Shown: positions 32,018 to 43,373, numbered from the stretch's first letter. The stretch is DNA of 64,000 nt from an uncultured Acidobacteriota bacterium (GCA_963796275.1 CAWCKY010000001.1:576001-640000); one strand, 5' to 3'. Notes: generated by a model from the letters alone, not told the origin. Numbers and translations are program-made.

Positions 32018-34222
32018 TCAACCGGATTTCACCTTAAAGTTTATCACTCTGAATACCAGGGTTCTGTGATCATTGGGCGGGTAGATTTTCTGCGCATCGC
32101 TGACGAATTTGAGCTTATATTTTCCCGGCGGGACATTGAATGACTTGGAGAATGGTGTTGGATCCGGAGAAGTCTTCAATTGCTCGGTAAAGAGCGGACT
32201 CTCAATGCGCATAGTGCTTTCTTGGTGAGTTAACAGAGACATCTCGACCGTTATATGGCGCGCATAGGGGGCGGTGTTATGCAAAATGAGTTCACCAGAC
32301 GGCCCACACCACCGCCATTCGTCTCCTGGGTTTCCCTCCAGAGCTGAAAACCCGTCGGCCCAGTTGGTAAGCAGGGGATAGATCGCCTTTTCGCGTTTTT
32401 GACTGATCTCCTTTTCCGAGTACGTCTCTCGCAATTTCTGCTTATACGACGATAAGGTGAAGAATGATAGCCGGCCATTATTGCTGATCAGCGGTTTTAC
32501 GTTCAACAGATTCGCTAAATCATTTTCCAACTCGGCGCCATCATCCCGATAACCGAAACGGTCAATATATATCCCTTCGAAATCGGTGAGCGCGACGGCT
32601 TCTACCATTTCGGGAATCGGGTTCGCCGCTACTGAGGCTTGCCAGAGATCGCTCGGGCGCCCCCGCATCGCTCCGTAAGTCCAACGAAGCGATTTCGAAT
32701 GTAAATACCCCTTCAGCAAGTCATAATCCGTTACGCGCTCGATCGCGGCTGTCTCCGGAAAACGTTTGACCGGGAGTTGGAAAATCATGCTGCCGGCAGG
32801 TACGGAAGCCTCGATCTTTCTGATGAAATCGGCATCGTTTTGATATTCGACAATCGCATTGTCATAAACCGGAACAAATCTTTTGGCGCTTTGATCGATC
32901 AATCCCAAGACAGTCAACAAAAGTATCAGCACGCCGAAGAGGACGTGCAGGCCGCGCGATGGGAAAAATCTCTGACGGGCTTTCTCAAGTAGCAGAACGA
33001 TGGTAAAGAGGGCGAAGAAGGAGACGTAAACGCTGATGCGGTTATAACACCTAATCTGTGGCGAGACCAGTAAGTTAAATATAGCGCTGATACCACCAAT
33101 CGTCCCGAGCAACACCGCGGAGATATTGAGCAAACTCAGATGACTCAGCGAGTCCTGGGTAGCTCCCTCTGCGCGAGCGATATTAAATCCCCGGCAAAGC
33201 AGGAAGCCAAGTAACGTAATAAAGCCTATTGCCCCGACAAATCCCAGCGTCGAGTCGTCATTCTCTGTCACCAGGGGATAGCGATTGTAATCATCTTTCA
33301 TTCTCCTCAATGGCCCATACCTGTGCCCTGTGAGAGGTAACACCAATTGTGCGATCTTAAGTCCATAAACTTCCGATTCCGCCGGGATGCGCTGCGCCGT
33401 ATCTGTCTTCCCGTTCTTGTACTGATAGATGATGCTCGGGGCAAGATTGGCGATCATTGTGGCAAAGATGACTGCAGTCAGGAAACCGGGCATCAAGAAA
33501 TAGCGAAGACTCTTAAAAGCAATGGTTTTAATGAGGCCGATAACCAAGAATAAATAGCAGGCGAAAAATGAGAAATAAACACCTCCCGTCGATGCAATGA
33601 GAAGGCAGAATACGATGCTGATGACAAACTTCGGGTTCCTCAGGTTGAAACTTATATCCTGCCGGTCTTCCTGATTGTTATTACTGTTCAGCCGGCAAAC
33701 CCATAGCATCACAAGCACAATCAGTGGAACTGCATAGTAAGCTGAGTACATCAGATGGTGCTCGCTGCGGCTGAGATGATATGGGGTGAATGTATAGAGC
33801 AAACTTCCGAGAATCGCGGGAAAGAGAGAGATATTGAATTGCCGAAAGACGTAGAACGAGGCAATCGTGACGAGTGGGAAGGTCAGTATGAAAAAAATGT
33901 TGAGAATTAAGGCATGATCGTCAGTAAAGAATGTCGCAAACTTTATCAATGATAAATGAAAGGTATCAGGTATTGGGAAATCATGTAACTCTGAGCCATA
34001 TGGCATCCCGATCTTCGGATTATTCAAGTACCATCCATGTTCCCCGATGCCTTTTATTAACATGCCATAAAACATCGTATCGCCAAAATAGATGAACGGT
34101 ACGCGCAAGTCGGCTCGATATAGTTTCAAGTAAAGATAGGTGTATAGGAACGACAGAGATGAGACAAGAAAATAAGGGCTTATGTGCTTCAGTATCGACT
34201 TAATCGGCGCGTTTTCTTTCAT
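32018..34222 (-). CDS. Polytopic membrane protein, probable GT-C (YfhO-like) glycosyltransferase
   Basis: More than 10 TM helices, GDT loop, C-terminal WRW carbohydrate-binding-like domain; lies among GT2 genes. Confidence 0.65.
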   Translation of the reverse strand: MKENAPIKSILKHISPYFLVSSLSFLYTYLYLKLYRADLRVPFIYFGDTMFYGMLIKGIGEHGWYLNNPKIGMPYGSELHDFPIPDTFHLSLIKFATFFTDDHALILNIFFILTFPLVTIASFYVFRQFNISLFPAILGSLLYTFTPYHLSRSEHHLMYSAYYAVPLIVLVMLWVCRLNSNNNQEDRQDISFNLRNPKFVISIVFCLLIASTGGVYFSFFACYLFLVIGLIKTIAFKSLRYFLMPGFLTAVIFATMIANLAPSIIYQYKNGKTDTAQRIPAESEVYGLKIAQLVLPLTGHRYGPLRRMKDDYNRYPLVTENDDSTLGFVGAIGFITLLGFLLCRGFNIARAEGATQDSLSHLSLLNISAVLLGTIGGISAIFNLLVSPQIRCYNRISVYVSFFALFTIVLLLEKARQRFFPSRGLHVLFGVLILLLTVLGLIDQSAKRFVPVYDNAIVEYQNDADFIRKIEASVPAGSMIFQLPVKRFPETAAIERVTDYDLLKGYLHSKSLRWTYGAMRGRPSDLWQASVAANPIPEMVEAVALTDFEGIYIDRFGYRDDGAELENDLANLLNVKPLISNNGRLSFFTLSSYKQKLRETYSEKEISQKREKAIYPLLTNWADGFSALEGNPGDEWRWCGPSGELILHNTAPYARHITVEMSLLTHQESTMRIESPLFTEQLKTSPDPTPFSKSFNVPPGKYKLKFVSDAQKIYPPNDHRTLVFRVINFKVKSG

Positions 34223-34409
34223 ACAGCTTCTGCTTTTAAATTATGTTTTTGACTAATGATCACTCGGTAAATATGCATCAAATCGAGGGGAGTAAGATTG
34301 ATTCGGGAGCGAGCGAGAGATGAGTTTGACTTTGTTCTGCGTGTATATGGGTGGATTGGGCAGGTGAACTCTATTGCCGTCTTCAATCGAATTATACCTT
34401 CCCCATAAT

Positions 34410-35990
34410 TCACATCTGGACATTTTCAAAATCGCTCTTCCTAACATGGAGGGCTTCGGATGCCGATACCCCTTCCGTCCTCGGCTGAGGGAATGTTTGC
34501 CTCATCAAATCCGCCGGCGAGTCTGTACGTGTACAGACAATCAGAATTTGAAAGGCGAACAGCCCGGGCCACCGCCGCGCAAGCATTGTCAGCGCGCGAT
34601 CAACCAGCCTTATCAAACGCGATCGTTCACCCGCCAGATCGGCAAGGGGAGGGCCGAAACCAATCTCACTGTCGATCCGGAAACCTGCATTCTTAAGCAA
34701 TCTCCGAAAAGAATTGACCGTGAACAGCCGCCGGTGGGCTATGTCGAGAATCCCACGCCCGTAATTAAACCATCCCAGCAGTAGCACAAGGCGGAGAGGG
34801 AAGAAGGCCACGTTGCCCGTGCTCGCATAAAGCTTCCCTCCGCTTTTCAAGTGCTTGAAGATTTCCTCCGCGCATTTCTCCGGCGATCTCAAGTGTTCGA
34901 GTACGTCGAGAGCGATCGCCGTGTCATATTGTCCGGCTTCGAATTGTCGCACCCAGGGGCGATCGAGATCGACGGCGAACTGCCTCATTTCGGGTTCATC
35001 CTGATCAAGCCATTGGTCTATGTGAGTTACTTCGACGCCGCGTTCGGCCATGCCACGGCTGACAGCATCACCGTTCGCGCTGCCCAGATCGATCAGGCTC
35101 GAGCCGGGTACAAGAGGCAGGTTTTTTATAAAATATCTGAGTGTAGTCGGAGCATGGGTGCTCCTGGTTCGAGCGATTGACTCGCTTTCGATATCGAATT
35201 TTGGGTCGTAGAATATATCGAATTGCATGAGCCGGTATTTGGATACCGTTTTGACGCATTGCCAGGCATACCGCAACCCGTTCACGTGGCAGATCTCATC
35301 GCCGTAGTAGGTCGGGATCGGTACTTCGGTAATGCGAAAACCGGCGGCGTGTAGCTGTACGATTATATCGGCATCGAAATCAAACCCCAGGCTATTGCTG
35401 GTGAAAGGAACCTGCCTGAGAACCGAGGTGCGATATGAGCGATAGCCGCTGTGCATTTCGGTCATCCGGGCGCCCAAAATCAAATTTTGTGTCCTCGTTA
35501 AAATGCGGTTGCCGATCCATTTGTAAAGCGGCATTCCGCCTTTGATTGCATCTTTGGGGTTGATGAAGCGGCTGCCAAAAACCGCATCCGCCCCTTCGGC
35601 ATAGGGCGCCAGGATGTGGGGTAGAGCTTCGGGCGCATACTGGCCATCGCCGTGCAGGAGTACGACGATATCGATCCCCTGTTCGATGGCATAGAGGTAG
35701 CCCAATCGTTGATTACCGCCGTAACCTTGATTATAGGGAGTGCGAAAGATATTCAGGGGAGCGTATCGACTCGGCCAGTCGACTTGGCCGGCGACTGCGA
35801 CGGTATTATCGCTCGAATGGTCATCGATGATGAATATCTCGGCGAGTCGCTCGGCAATCCAATCGGGGATCCGTTTCAGCACCTTCTCGATATGCCGCTC
35901 AGCATTATAGGCCACGATTAAGATGGCGACCCGATTCTCCTCCAGGGTGCGCCGCGCGAGCTCTTCGATATGATTCGAGTGGCTATTCAA
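34410..35990 (-). CDS. Bifunctional GT2 glycosyltransferase / class I methyltransferase
   Basis: VAYNAE, NQGYGGNQ, HGDGQY in the N-half; DLGSANG, LDVLEHL in the C-half; start uncertain. Confidence 0.88.
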   Translation of the reverse strand: MNSHSNHIEELARRTLEENRVAILIVAYNAERHIEKVLKRIPDWIAERLAEIFIIDDHSSDNTVAVAGQVDWPSRYAPLNIFRTPYNQGYGGNQRLGYLYAIEQGIDIVVLLHGDGQYAPEALPHILAPYAEGADAVFGSRFINPKDAIKGGMPLYKWIGNRILTRTQNLILGARMTEMHSGYRSYRTSVLRQVPFTSNSLGFDFDADIIVQLHAAGFRITEVPIPTYYGDEICHVNGLRYAWQCVKTVSKYRLMQFDIFYDPKFDIESESIARTRSTHAPTTLRYFIKNLPLVPGSSLIDLGSANGDAVSRGMAERGVEVTHIDQWLDQDEPEMRQFAVDLDRPWVRQFEAGQYDTAIALDVLEHLRSPEKCAEEIFKHLKSGGKLYASTGNVAFFPLRLVLLLGWFNYGRGILDIAHRRLFTVNSFRRLLKNAGFRIDSEIGFGPPLADLAGERSRLIRLVDRALTMLARRWPGLFAFQILIVCTRTDSPADLMRQTFPQPRTEGVSASEALHVRKSDFENVQM

Positions 35991-36113
35991 GGTTGTTTGG
36001 TTCGGTTTATGTCTCTGATTTCGGGGTCGAGGGCTTTATTCACTTGAGAAACTCAGATTTTACCCTGCGAACAATCGTTTTGCATAGACTTTAATGGGTA
36101 TTGGAAAAACTGC

Positions 36114-38420
36114 TCAGTTTTTCTCGGATGGTTGCCATCCCAGGAAAAAGATTTGTATTGCGTCAGATTTCGCATCATCGTTGGGTAAAGAGAGCTTCAT
36201 ATCTATTTGCGCGTTGCGGTGCAAGGATTGTGGGACCTCGATCGTTTTTATGAAACTTCTATTCGACGGGTGAAATTGTTCAATGACCGTTCCGGCAACC
36301 TCGATTTTTATATCCCGTTTGGATTCGTCAGGCTGCTCAGGAACATACATCTTGATAAATATCCGCCCATCGCCCGCGATCGCCGGCAGATGGGTGATCG
36401 ATGATCCGCTTGTCCATCGCCAGTATTTGGCTCCGTCATTATCCAATTTGTGCCAGCCTGAGCCGAGGTATTGATCGGGTGACGTATCGATAATCCGGGC
36501 CCCAGGCGCCGGCGTCCATTCGATCCCGAAACATTTAAGACCGTATTCATGCCTACTTTTCGTATTGACTCGCTGATCGATTTCGAGGGAGAGAATAGAC
36601 CAGGTGAGCGACGGATCGGGCTTTATCGTAATTTGGTGGTCCATCTCGGACCCGGTGAAGTTGAAGCGGTCGATCTCGGCGCCATTCAGTTTAAATACGA
36701 GGGTAGGTCTACGACCAGGATCTGGCATATCTACGATGGATCCTCGTACACGCAATGTCATGGAATCTGCCAGGCTGTATAACGCGACTTTGCTCTGGAG
36801 CCGCATCCAACGCCGTATCCCCTCTCGATCGATCTCGATCGGGTACCAGCCCGAGAGAAACGCGATCCCCTGCGGTTTAGATCTGTCGGTTATATGCACG
36901 CCGGAGAAGCGCTCCAGGCTCGGTTTGGACAAACGTTTTGCCCCGACTTCGCTGGACGTCCAAATGAAATGCTCACCCTCCATACCCAGGAGCGGATCGC
37001 CCGTCAGCGTGAGGACGTGCGGTAGATCCGCCGTCGACCAGATCATATTGCTCCAGGGATCCAGAATCTCATCGAGCAAGGCCGTTCTGTGGTCCGGTAG
37101 ATATAAGGAGACAAACGGCGAATAGATATTCCCGTATAAGAGCAGATCGTTTTTCGGATCCAGAGTTTTTTTCAAATGATTGAATGCGCGCACCGGCGGG
37201 CTCACTTCTCGGTGCAACAGGCCGATTATCGGATAGGTCCAGGCGGCGATTACTACTGTCAAGCATACCGCGAGAAATAGCCCCGAATTCCTTAGCGCCG
37301 CATGGCGCCCTGAGCGGAAAAGCCAGCGAGGCGCCCAGATCAGACCACATGCTGCCAGGCCGGTGAAGAAGGGGACATACGGCAGGGAGTAGAGCGGACC
37401 GCCGAGCCGCGTGTTCAACATAAAGGTGAAGATCAAATAGGGCAGGAAGATGATCACCATGAGGCCGATATTCTTCCATTTCCGATTGAGGGCGAGTGCG
37501 ATAAATCCGGTGACGGCGAACACGTATACAGAATACATAATCCACCTCGCTCCCCATATATGCTCGAAAAAACGCCGGAAGCGGTAAAAGAAGGTCTTGA
37601 GAGTCGGAGCCTCGATAAATATTGTGTCCGTCTCGAGGATGTATCGAGATTGGTGATCCACGGCGCGGCGAAATACCGGCAAGGTGAAGTGGTAAACCAG
37701 CGGCACATACCAGACGAGTACGCAAAAGGTTCCAACCGCGAGCGCTGCCATGACGCTGCCCCACTGGCGCCGCCATAACCGGATGAGAAAGACCAGGGCG
37801 ATGGCCGGCACCATAACCGGAAGCACCGACGTTCTAACTCCCAGGGCCAGGCCGAAGACCGCGCACCCGGCAATCAGCAAACGCGGAGATTGAATACCGC
37901 GAAGGACGAGCGCCAACCCGATAATTCCGAGTGAAAAGGCGACGCCGTCGCTGCGCCCCGCGCCGCTGTGCACCCATACATTCGGCGCGAAACTTCCCAG
38001 TAATGCCCCGGCGAGAGCTATTCTCCGATCTTCCAGAACTACGCGATAAAGGTAGTAGAGCGCGGGGGCGACGAGAGAGGCGAAGATAAAGGCAACAGTC
38101 GTCAGCGCGCGATGTTCATCCCCTACCAGCCAGAAAACTACGCGCGTCATCATCACGAGGATAGGAAACCCCGGGGGGTGGGGGCTATGAATAGTGATGT
38201 CGAATTTATGTAAGGCGCGCGCAAACAGAATATCGTCGTATTCCCAAAGTGAGGCGGGAATTGCTATGAATCGCGTGGCAAAGCAGAGGAGGAACAATCC
38301 AAACGCGACCAATTTGTCATTTTTTAAGTCCAGCGTAGATAATCGCGAAAGGAGAGCTGAAACCGAACTCTTCTTAGATATGTTGGTGGGCGCGACAGGC
38401 GAGCCATCACTGAACTTCAA
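36114..38420 (-). CDS. GT-C (GT39/ArnT-like) membrane glycosyltransferase with two C-terminal WRW domains
   Basis: WEYDD loop, PHPPGFP, many TM helices, GWYPIE...RRW and GWHKLD...WRW repeats. Confidence 0.75.
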   Translation of the reverse strand: MKFSDGSPVAPTNISKKSSVSALLSRLSTLDLKNDKLVAFGLFLLCFATRFIAIPASLWEYDDILFARALHKFDITIHSPHPPGFPILVMMTRVVFWLVGDEHRALTTVAFIFASLVAPALYYLYRVVLEDRRIALAGALLGSFAPNVWVHSGAGRSDGVAFSLGIIGLALVLRGIQSPRLLIAGCAVFGLALGVRTSVLPVMVPAIALVFLIRLWRRQWGSVMAALAVGTFCVLVWYVPLVYHFTLPVFRRAVDHQSRYILETDTIFIEAPTLKTFFYRFRRFFEHIWGARWIMYSVYVFAVTGFIALALNRKWKNIGLMVIIFLPYLIFTFMLNTRLGGPLYSLPYVPFFTGLAACGLIWAPRWLFRSGRHAALRNSGLFLAVCLTVVIAAWTYPIIGLLHREVSPPVRAFNHLKKTLDPKNDLLLYGNIYSPFVSLYLPDHRTALLDEILDPWSNMIWSTADLPHVLTLTGDPLLGMEGEHFIWTSSEVGAKRLSKPSLERFSGVHITDRSKPQGIAFLSGWYPIEIDREGIRRWMRLQSKVALYSLADSMTLRVRGSIVDMPDPGRRPTLVFKLNGAEIDRFNFTGSEMDHQITIKPDPSLTWSILSLEIDQRVNTKSRHEYGLKCFGIEWTPAPGARIIDTSPDQYLGSGWHKLDNDGAKYWRWTSGSSITHLPAIAGDGRIFIKMYVPEQPDESKRDIKIEVAGTVIEQFHPSNRSFIKTIEVPQSLHRNAQIDMKLSLPNDDAKSDAIQIFFLGWQPSEKN

Positions 38421-38545
38421 TCGACGTCTTCCTCCCAGATTCCTCGTGAATTAGCATAACAGCCAGGAGAAATTCTACGCCGTTCACCTATCTCAGGCAA
38501 AATTTCCCCGATTAGTGTAGGGTAATTTTAGAGTTGTTCAGCTGC

Positions 38546-39595
38546 TCAGCTTCGCACGCGCCGCTGCGATTCCTCCGGAATGATATCCAGCAACAATCTC
38601 TCATTTCTCCTGATAATAGTAAGTTGCGATTTCACACCGACTTTCTGATCGGTCAGCAGGCGATGCAGATCGTCTATCCCCGCGATCGGCTGATCGTCAT
38701 AACCAATGATCAGATCGCCTTCCTGCAAACCGGATTTCAATGCGGGGCTCTCCTCTTCCAGCGAGACGACCAGTACAGCCGTTTGGAATTGCAAGTTGAA
38801 ATAACGTACCAGGCGCCGATGTAGCGGAACGACCTGACCCGCGACGCCGATATAACTGCGGCGAACTCGTCCTTCTTTGATCAGCTGCCCGGCGACAAAT
38901 TTCGCAGTATTGATCGCGATGGCAAAGCAGATGCCTTGAGCTGGCAGAATGACGGCCGTGTTGACGCCTATCACCTCACCGCGCGAATTGACCAGCGGCC
39001 CGCCCGAGTTCCCCGGGTTCAACGCAGCATCGGTCTGAATAATGTTATCGATCAACCGGCCGGAGGGCGTGCGCAGGCTGCGACTCAACGCGCTGACCAC
39101 ACCGGCAGTCACCGAGTACTGAAATCCATAAGGGTTGCCGATGGCGATAGCCAGCTGGCCGACCCGGATCTTCTGCGAATCACCGAGCGCGACCGGCATC
39201 AAATTGCCCAGATTGATGCGCACCACAGAAAGATCGGTATCCGGATCGTCGCCGATTAATTGCGCGTCGCTACGGCGCCCATCGGCCAGCGTCACACTGA
39301 TTTTCGATGCTCCGTGCGCGACATGGCTATTGGTCAGAATGAAGCCATCGGGAGTGAAAATGAATCCAGAACCACTGCCACCCGCATTGCCGCGCGGGCT
39401 GCTCGGATTGCGCCCCTGACCCTCGTGATTGACTTCGATGTTGACGACCGATGGATTGGCTCTTTCCGCAGCTCCGATTACGGCTTGCGAATATGCGTCG
39501 AGTATCTCGTCATCCGTCTGGGTGACGGATTCCGATATGCGATTCGGATGGATGTTTATGCCGTCGTCTGAAACAAAATGTGAATGATCATTCAT
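38546..39595 (-). CDS. HtrA/DegS-like serine protease with PDZ domain
   Basis: GSGF, TNSHV, QTDAALNPGNSGGPL, one PDZ domain; no signal peptide. Confidence 0.95.
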   Translation of the reverse strand: MNDHSHFVSDDGINIHPNRISESVTQTDDEILDAYSQAVIGAAERANPSVVNIEVNHEGQGRNPSSPRGNAGGSGSGFIFTPDGFILTNSHVAHGASKISVTLADGRRSDAQLIGDDPDTDLSVVRINLGNLMPVALGDSQKIRVGQLAIAIGNPYGFQYSVTAGVVSALSRSLRTPSGRLIDNIIQTDAALNPGNSGGPLVNSRGEVIGVNTAVILPAQGICFAIAINTAKFVAGQLIKEGRVRRSYIGVAGQVVPLHRRLVRYFNLQFQTAVLVVSLEEESPALKSGLQEGDLIIGYDDQPIAGIDDLHRLLTDQKVGVKSQLTIIRRNERLLLDIIPEESQRRVRS

Positions 39596-39683
39596 ATTTT
39601 TGATATAGCACCTGGAGGCGCTAATGTGAAGTAGGTACCGCGCAGTGTTATACTCACCACGCGGTAACTGGTGGAGGTTTGAT

Positions 39684-40064
39684 GTGAATGTCGCTGTGAA
39701 TAAAGACAGTAAAACTCCGGCGGAGATTACCCTTATCGTGATCGGGGGCCGGTGGAAAATCCCAATCCTCTATCACTTATTCCAGGGCGTGAAGCGCTTC
39801 TCCGAGTTGCAACATTCATTGGATGGGATCTCGCAAAAAGTCCTGACGCAGCAATTGCGCGAGATGGAGCGTCACGGTGTCGTCCATCGTAAGGTCTATC
39901 CTGAGGTGCCGCCCAAGGTCGAGTACTCACTGACCCCGCTCGGCGAGACGTTGAAGCCCGTTATCGAAGAGTTATGCAAATGGGGGACAAAGTTCGAAAT
40001 CGGCGAATTCGAAGCCGAAAAGATTGAATCGTACACAATGAACGTATCTCCGAAAGAAGATTAG
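39684..40064 (+). CDS. HxlR family transcriptional regulator
   Basis: IGGRWK, RFSEL, LTQQLREME, PPKVEYSLT; GTG start after GGAGG. Confidence 0.93.
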   Translation: MNVAVNKDSKTPAEITLIVIGGRWKIPILYHLFQGVKRFSELQHSLDGISQKVLTQQLREMERHGVVHRKVYPEVPPKVEYSLTPLGETLKPVIEELCKWGTKFEIGEFEAEKIESYTMNVSPKED

Positions 40065-40130
40065 CGCTGACACTTTGACTGCGATCGTTTAACTATGGGG
40101 GATTGCAGATCGGTCCCAATCCGCGATCAC

Positions 40131-41210
40131 TTACCATCGCTTGAAATTAAATCTGTCGAGTGTGATGCCGAGCCCGGTGGTAATCAGCAGGTCGTTATTC
40201 CTCGAGCCGAAGACCTGATTGCTGATGTAGCGATCGCTGACGATGATATCCCAGGTAAGCCACTTCGACATCTTTGTGATAACTGCCGAATCGAATGTGA
40301 TCCGATATTCTCCCGTATTACTCATATTCGGAAAGAGTTGAAAGCGCTGCTGTATTGAAACGCGATCTGAGAGTTTGAAAGTAAGCTCCTCTCCAACCAG
40401 CAACTCGCCGGAATTGCGAGTCACCCCGGTCGAGTATTTCTCCCGGTCGTACGCGCCGCCGCCGAAGACCTGAAATTGTGTCCGATCATTCTTGATGAAG
40501 TAATATCCGATGCCTCCGCCCGGTACGGCTCGTAAGTCCAGAAGCTGAATCTCATTGTAGTCGAAATCGGCGAAGCCGAAGGCCACCCATCTATCGGTGA
40601 GATTGTGTTCGTAGCGGCCACCCCCGTGGATTGTGTTGGCTGTCGTCTCGGTCACGCCGCCGCTGTTGTTCTTCGATTTGACGTAAGCCGCATAGAGGGT
40701 TGTCTTGTCCCGGTTCGTCTGGCGGCTCATAATTGTGTCAAATGATAATGTGGTGTCTCGGATAGTCCCCGTTGTCAGGCTGTAGCCAAGATTCATATCG
40801 GTATCCCATAAATCCAACCAGCTCGGGTGGAGATGCCGTTCGTATTCCTCCTGCTCGGGTTTTGATCGGATCGCCTGGACTTTGCCGGGCTCGAGCGAAA
40901 CCAATGCGGCGTCCCTGGTTTCAACCTCGTAGTTACCTCCTCTGGTCGCGACCCTTCCAGCTACCGTCTTTCCATCATCGAGCGCAAACCAGAGCGTTTG
41001 TTCAGATGTGATCTGCGTTACTACATCGGCCGATATATTGATCTCGCCGGCATAATCGGTCTTGATTGTCAGCGTTTTTCCATCTGATTTGACGATCATG
41101 CCCGAGATTCGATCGCCATTTTTCAACGTTACCTCGTCGGCTAGAATTCGCGCCCCCAATCCCGGCCAGAGCATACATATCGCCGCTAAAATTACTATTT
41201 TACAAGGCAT
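40131..41210 (-). CDS. DUF481 (YdiY-like) outer-membrane beta-barrel protein
   Basis: Signal peptide, DEVTLKNGDRISG N-domain, amphipathic beta-strands, GGGIGY. Confidence 0.8.
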   Translation of the reverse strand: MPCKIVILAAICMLWPGLGARILADEVTLKNGDRISGMIVKSDGKTLTIKTDYAGEINISADVVTQITSEQTLWFALDDGKTVAGRVATRGGNYEVETRDAALVSLEPGKVQAIRSKPEQEEYERHLHPSWLDLWDTDMNLGYSLTTGTIRDTTLSFDTIMSRQTNRDKTTLYAAYVKSKNNSGGVTETTANTIHGGGRYEHNLTDRWVAFGFADFDYNEIQLLDLRAVPGGGIGYYFIKNDRTQFQVFGGGAYDREKYSTGVTRNSGELLVGEELTFKLSDRVSIQQRFQLFPNMSNTGEYRITFDSAVITKMSKWLTWDIIVSDRYISNQVFGSRNNDLLITTGLGITLDRFNFKRW

Positions 41211-41372
41211 TGCCCCTCCCTTCATTAACAGAAAAACCGAGAATTATGGAAGGAAATTTTCAGTTCGGCCGGAGGATAGTGCGAGATATAGATATTAACC
41301 GTCAGATTCATATCTGTCTATCGGTCGGCATAAGCAGATTTTTCGGATTGCAAGCCCACTTTATCTAAAAAG

Positions 41373-41412
41373 ACAAAAATGTTATCTTTCACGCTCCTGG
41401 AGACATTTTTGT
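41373..41412. promoter_or_regulatory. Paired ACA-W4-TGT palindromes (putative activator sites)
   Basis: ACAAAAATGT (41373) and ACATTTTTGT (41403), 30 bp apart, between the DUF481 gene and the NifA-like gene. Confidence 0.55.
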
Positions 41413-41574
41413 CCAAGACGTTAAGCGGCGAAAGATATCGATAGCAGTGATGTTCGGGTGCCAGTATTGGCAGACATAACCGATGCTGAATAAAAGCACG
41501 AGGAGACAAAGCGGGCGAACAATATTGTTCTTTACTTTCTCTTCTTCTTTTTCCTGGTTCTAGCGGCAGAGGAG

Positions 41575-43107
41575 ATGATGATGGATGAATCGGCACAGAT
41601 AAGGAAGTTGACGGCGCTGCTCGACGTGAGCCAGGCGCTCGGTTCCACCTTAAATTTAAGCGAGGCTCTTGAAAACATTCTGGAAATTCTCGACCGAGAA
41701 CTCGGGATGAAGCGCGGCGCTATCGTAATGCTGGAAGCGAAAGGGGAGCTGAAGATCCAGTATGCTCATGGGATGAGCGAGGGTGAACGGCAACGCGGTC
41801 GCTATCGTCTCGACGAAGGCATAACGGGCAAGGTCGTATCATCAGGCAAACCTGTGGTTGTTCCACAGGTGAGCAGGGAGCCGCTGTTCCTCAACCGGAC
41901 GCGCAAACGCGATCCCAAACAGGAAGAATCCTTCATCTGTGTTCCGATCAAAAACCACCGCAAGACGATCGGCGCGCTTTCGATCATTTATCCGTTCAAA
42001 CAAAACAGGAGCTTCGATGATGCGGTTAAACTCCTCACGATCATAGCTTCGATGATTTCGCAGAGCCTCCGAATGGCGCAGATGGTTGAGCAGGAGAAAG
42101 CACAGCTGGTTGATGAGAATGCGCTGCTTAAGCGCGAACTGCAACAGAAATATGATTTCCGCAACATCATCGGTACGAGCAAAGAGATGCGCGAGATCTA
42201 TGATCAGATCGCGCAGGTCGCGCATACCAATACTACCGTGTTGATTCGGGGAGAGTCGGGCACGGGCAAAGAGCTGGTCGCGCACGCGATCCACTACAAC
42301 AGCCCGCGTTCAGCCAAACCTTTCGTTAAGGTTAATTGCGCGGCGCTCCCCGAATCATTGATAGAGTCGGAGCTCTTCGGTCACGAGAAAGGAGCTTTCA
42401 CCGGCGCCGTTGCGCGCAAAAGAGGGCGTTTCGAGCTGGCTGAAAGCGGAACGATGTTTCTGGACGAAATCGGTGATCTTTCGCCGGCATTACAAGTCAA
42501 ATTGCTGCGCGTTCTGCAGGAGCGCGAATTCGAGCGGGTCGGAGGTACCGAGACGATCCGCGTCAATGTCAGGATGATAACGGCGACGAATGTAGACCTG
42601 GAACAGGGGGTGCAGGATGGGCGTTTCCGCTCCGACCTGTATTACCGACTGAATGTCTTTTCGATATATTTACCGACATTGCGCGAGAGAAAGACCGACA
42701 TCTTATTGCTCGCCGATCATTTCCTCGAAAAATACGCTCGTCAAAACGGTAAACGTATCAAGCGTATTTCGACGCCCGCCATCGATATGCTGATGAGCTA
42801 TCACTGGCCAGGCAATGTGCGTGAACTCGAGAATGTCATAGAACGGGCGGCGCTCGTCTGCGAAGGAAACGTCATTCACGGGTATCATCTGCCCCCCACC
42901 CTCCAGACCGCTGAAGGCTCTGGAACAGTTACAAAGATGAGCCTGGATCAGGCGGTCAGCGCATTTGAAAAGGACCTGATTCAGGATGCTTTGAAAACAG
43001 CGCGCGGCAACCGTGCGCGCGCTGCCAGAATGCTCGATACGACCGAACGCATTCTCGGTTATAAGGTCAAGAAATACGAGATTGATTCCAGACGCTTCAA
43101 AGGATGA
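41575..43107 (+). CDS. GAF-AAA+-HTH sigma54 activator (NifA-like)
   Basis: GAF domain ([22 protein letters not shown]), [25 protein letters not shown]. Confidence 0.93.
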   Translation: MMMDESAQIRKLTALLDVSQALGSTLNLSEALENILEILDRELGMKRGAIVMLEAKGELKIQYAHGMSEGERQRGRYRLDEGITGKVVSSGKPVVVPQVSREPLFLNRTRKRDPKQEESFICVPIKNHRKTIGALSIIYPFKQNRSFDDAVKLLTIIASMISQSLRMAQMVEQEKAQLVDENALLKRELQQKYDFRNIIGTSKEMREIYDQIAQVAHTNTTVLIRGESGTGKELVAHAIHYNSPRSAKPFVKVNCAALPESLIESELFGHEKGAFTGAVARKRGRFELAESGTMFLDEIGDLSPALQVKLLRVLQEREFERVGGTETIRVNVRMITATNVDLEQGVQDGRFRSDLYYRLNVFSIYLPTLRERKTDILLLADHFLEKYARQNGKRIKRISTPAIDMLMSYHWPGNVRELENVIERAALVCEGNVIHGYHLPPTLQTAEGSGTVTKMSLDQAVSAFEKDLIQDALKTARGNRARAARMLDTTERILGYKVKKYEIDSRRFKG

Positions 43108-43224
43108 AGTCAGCTCATTCTGCGTACCAACTCTGAACATTCACTATGAGCTCGCATAAATGCTGAAGTATTAATCGGGACCGCCTTTGTTTCATAAATA
43201 AATTCCCGGCACTGATGAAAAGCG

Positions 43225-43264
43225 ACAATAATGTTGGGAAAATCGAGCGAGGCTACATTTTTGA
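43225..43264. promoter_or_regulatory. Paired ACA-W4-TGT/A sites (putative upstream activator sequence)
   Basis: ACAATAATGT (43225) and ACATTTTTGA (43255), again 30 bp apart, about 100-130 bp upstream of a sigma54 promoter. Confidence 0.55.
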
Positions 43265-43356
43265 TGTGGGCTAAAAAATCGTTATCGCGCCTGGGCTTGT
43301 CTATTTTCCGCTGTTTTTGCTGACATTTAATGGACCAAACCGGGGAAACGCTCGGA

Positions 43357-43373
43357 CTGGCAAGCCAGTTGCT
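43357..43373 (+). promoter_or_regulatory. Sigma54 promoter for the small ORF-glnA unit
   Basis: CTGGCAA-GCCAG-TTGCT, correct GG-N10-GC spacing. Confidence 0.75.

Noticed and set aside
34219-34413. 64-aa minus-strand ORF overlapping both neighbours by 4 bp
   Set aside because: The coupling is suggestive, but there is no recognisable motif or RBS and composition is atypical; not supportable.
41575-43107. Calling this nifA and inferring nitrogen fixation
   Set aside because: No nif genes are in the window, and the nearby palindromes are ACA-W4-TGT rather than TGT-N10-ACA.
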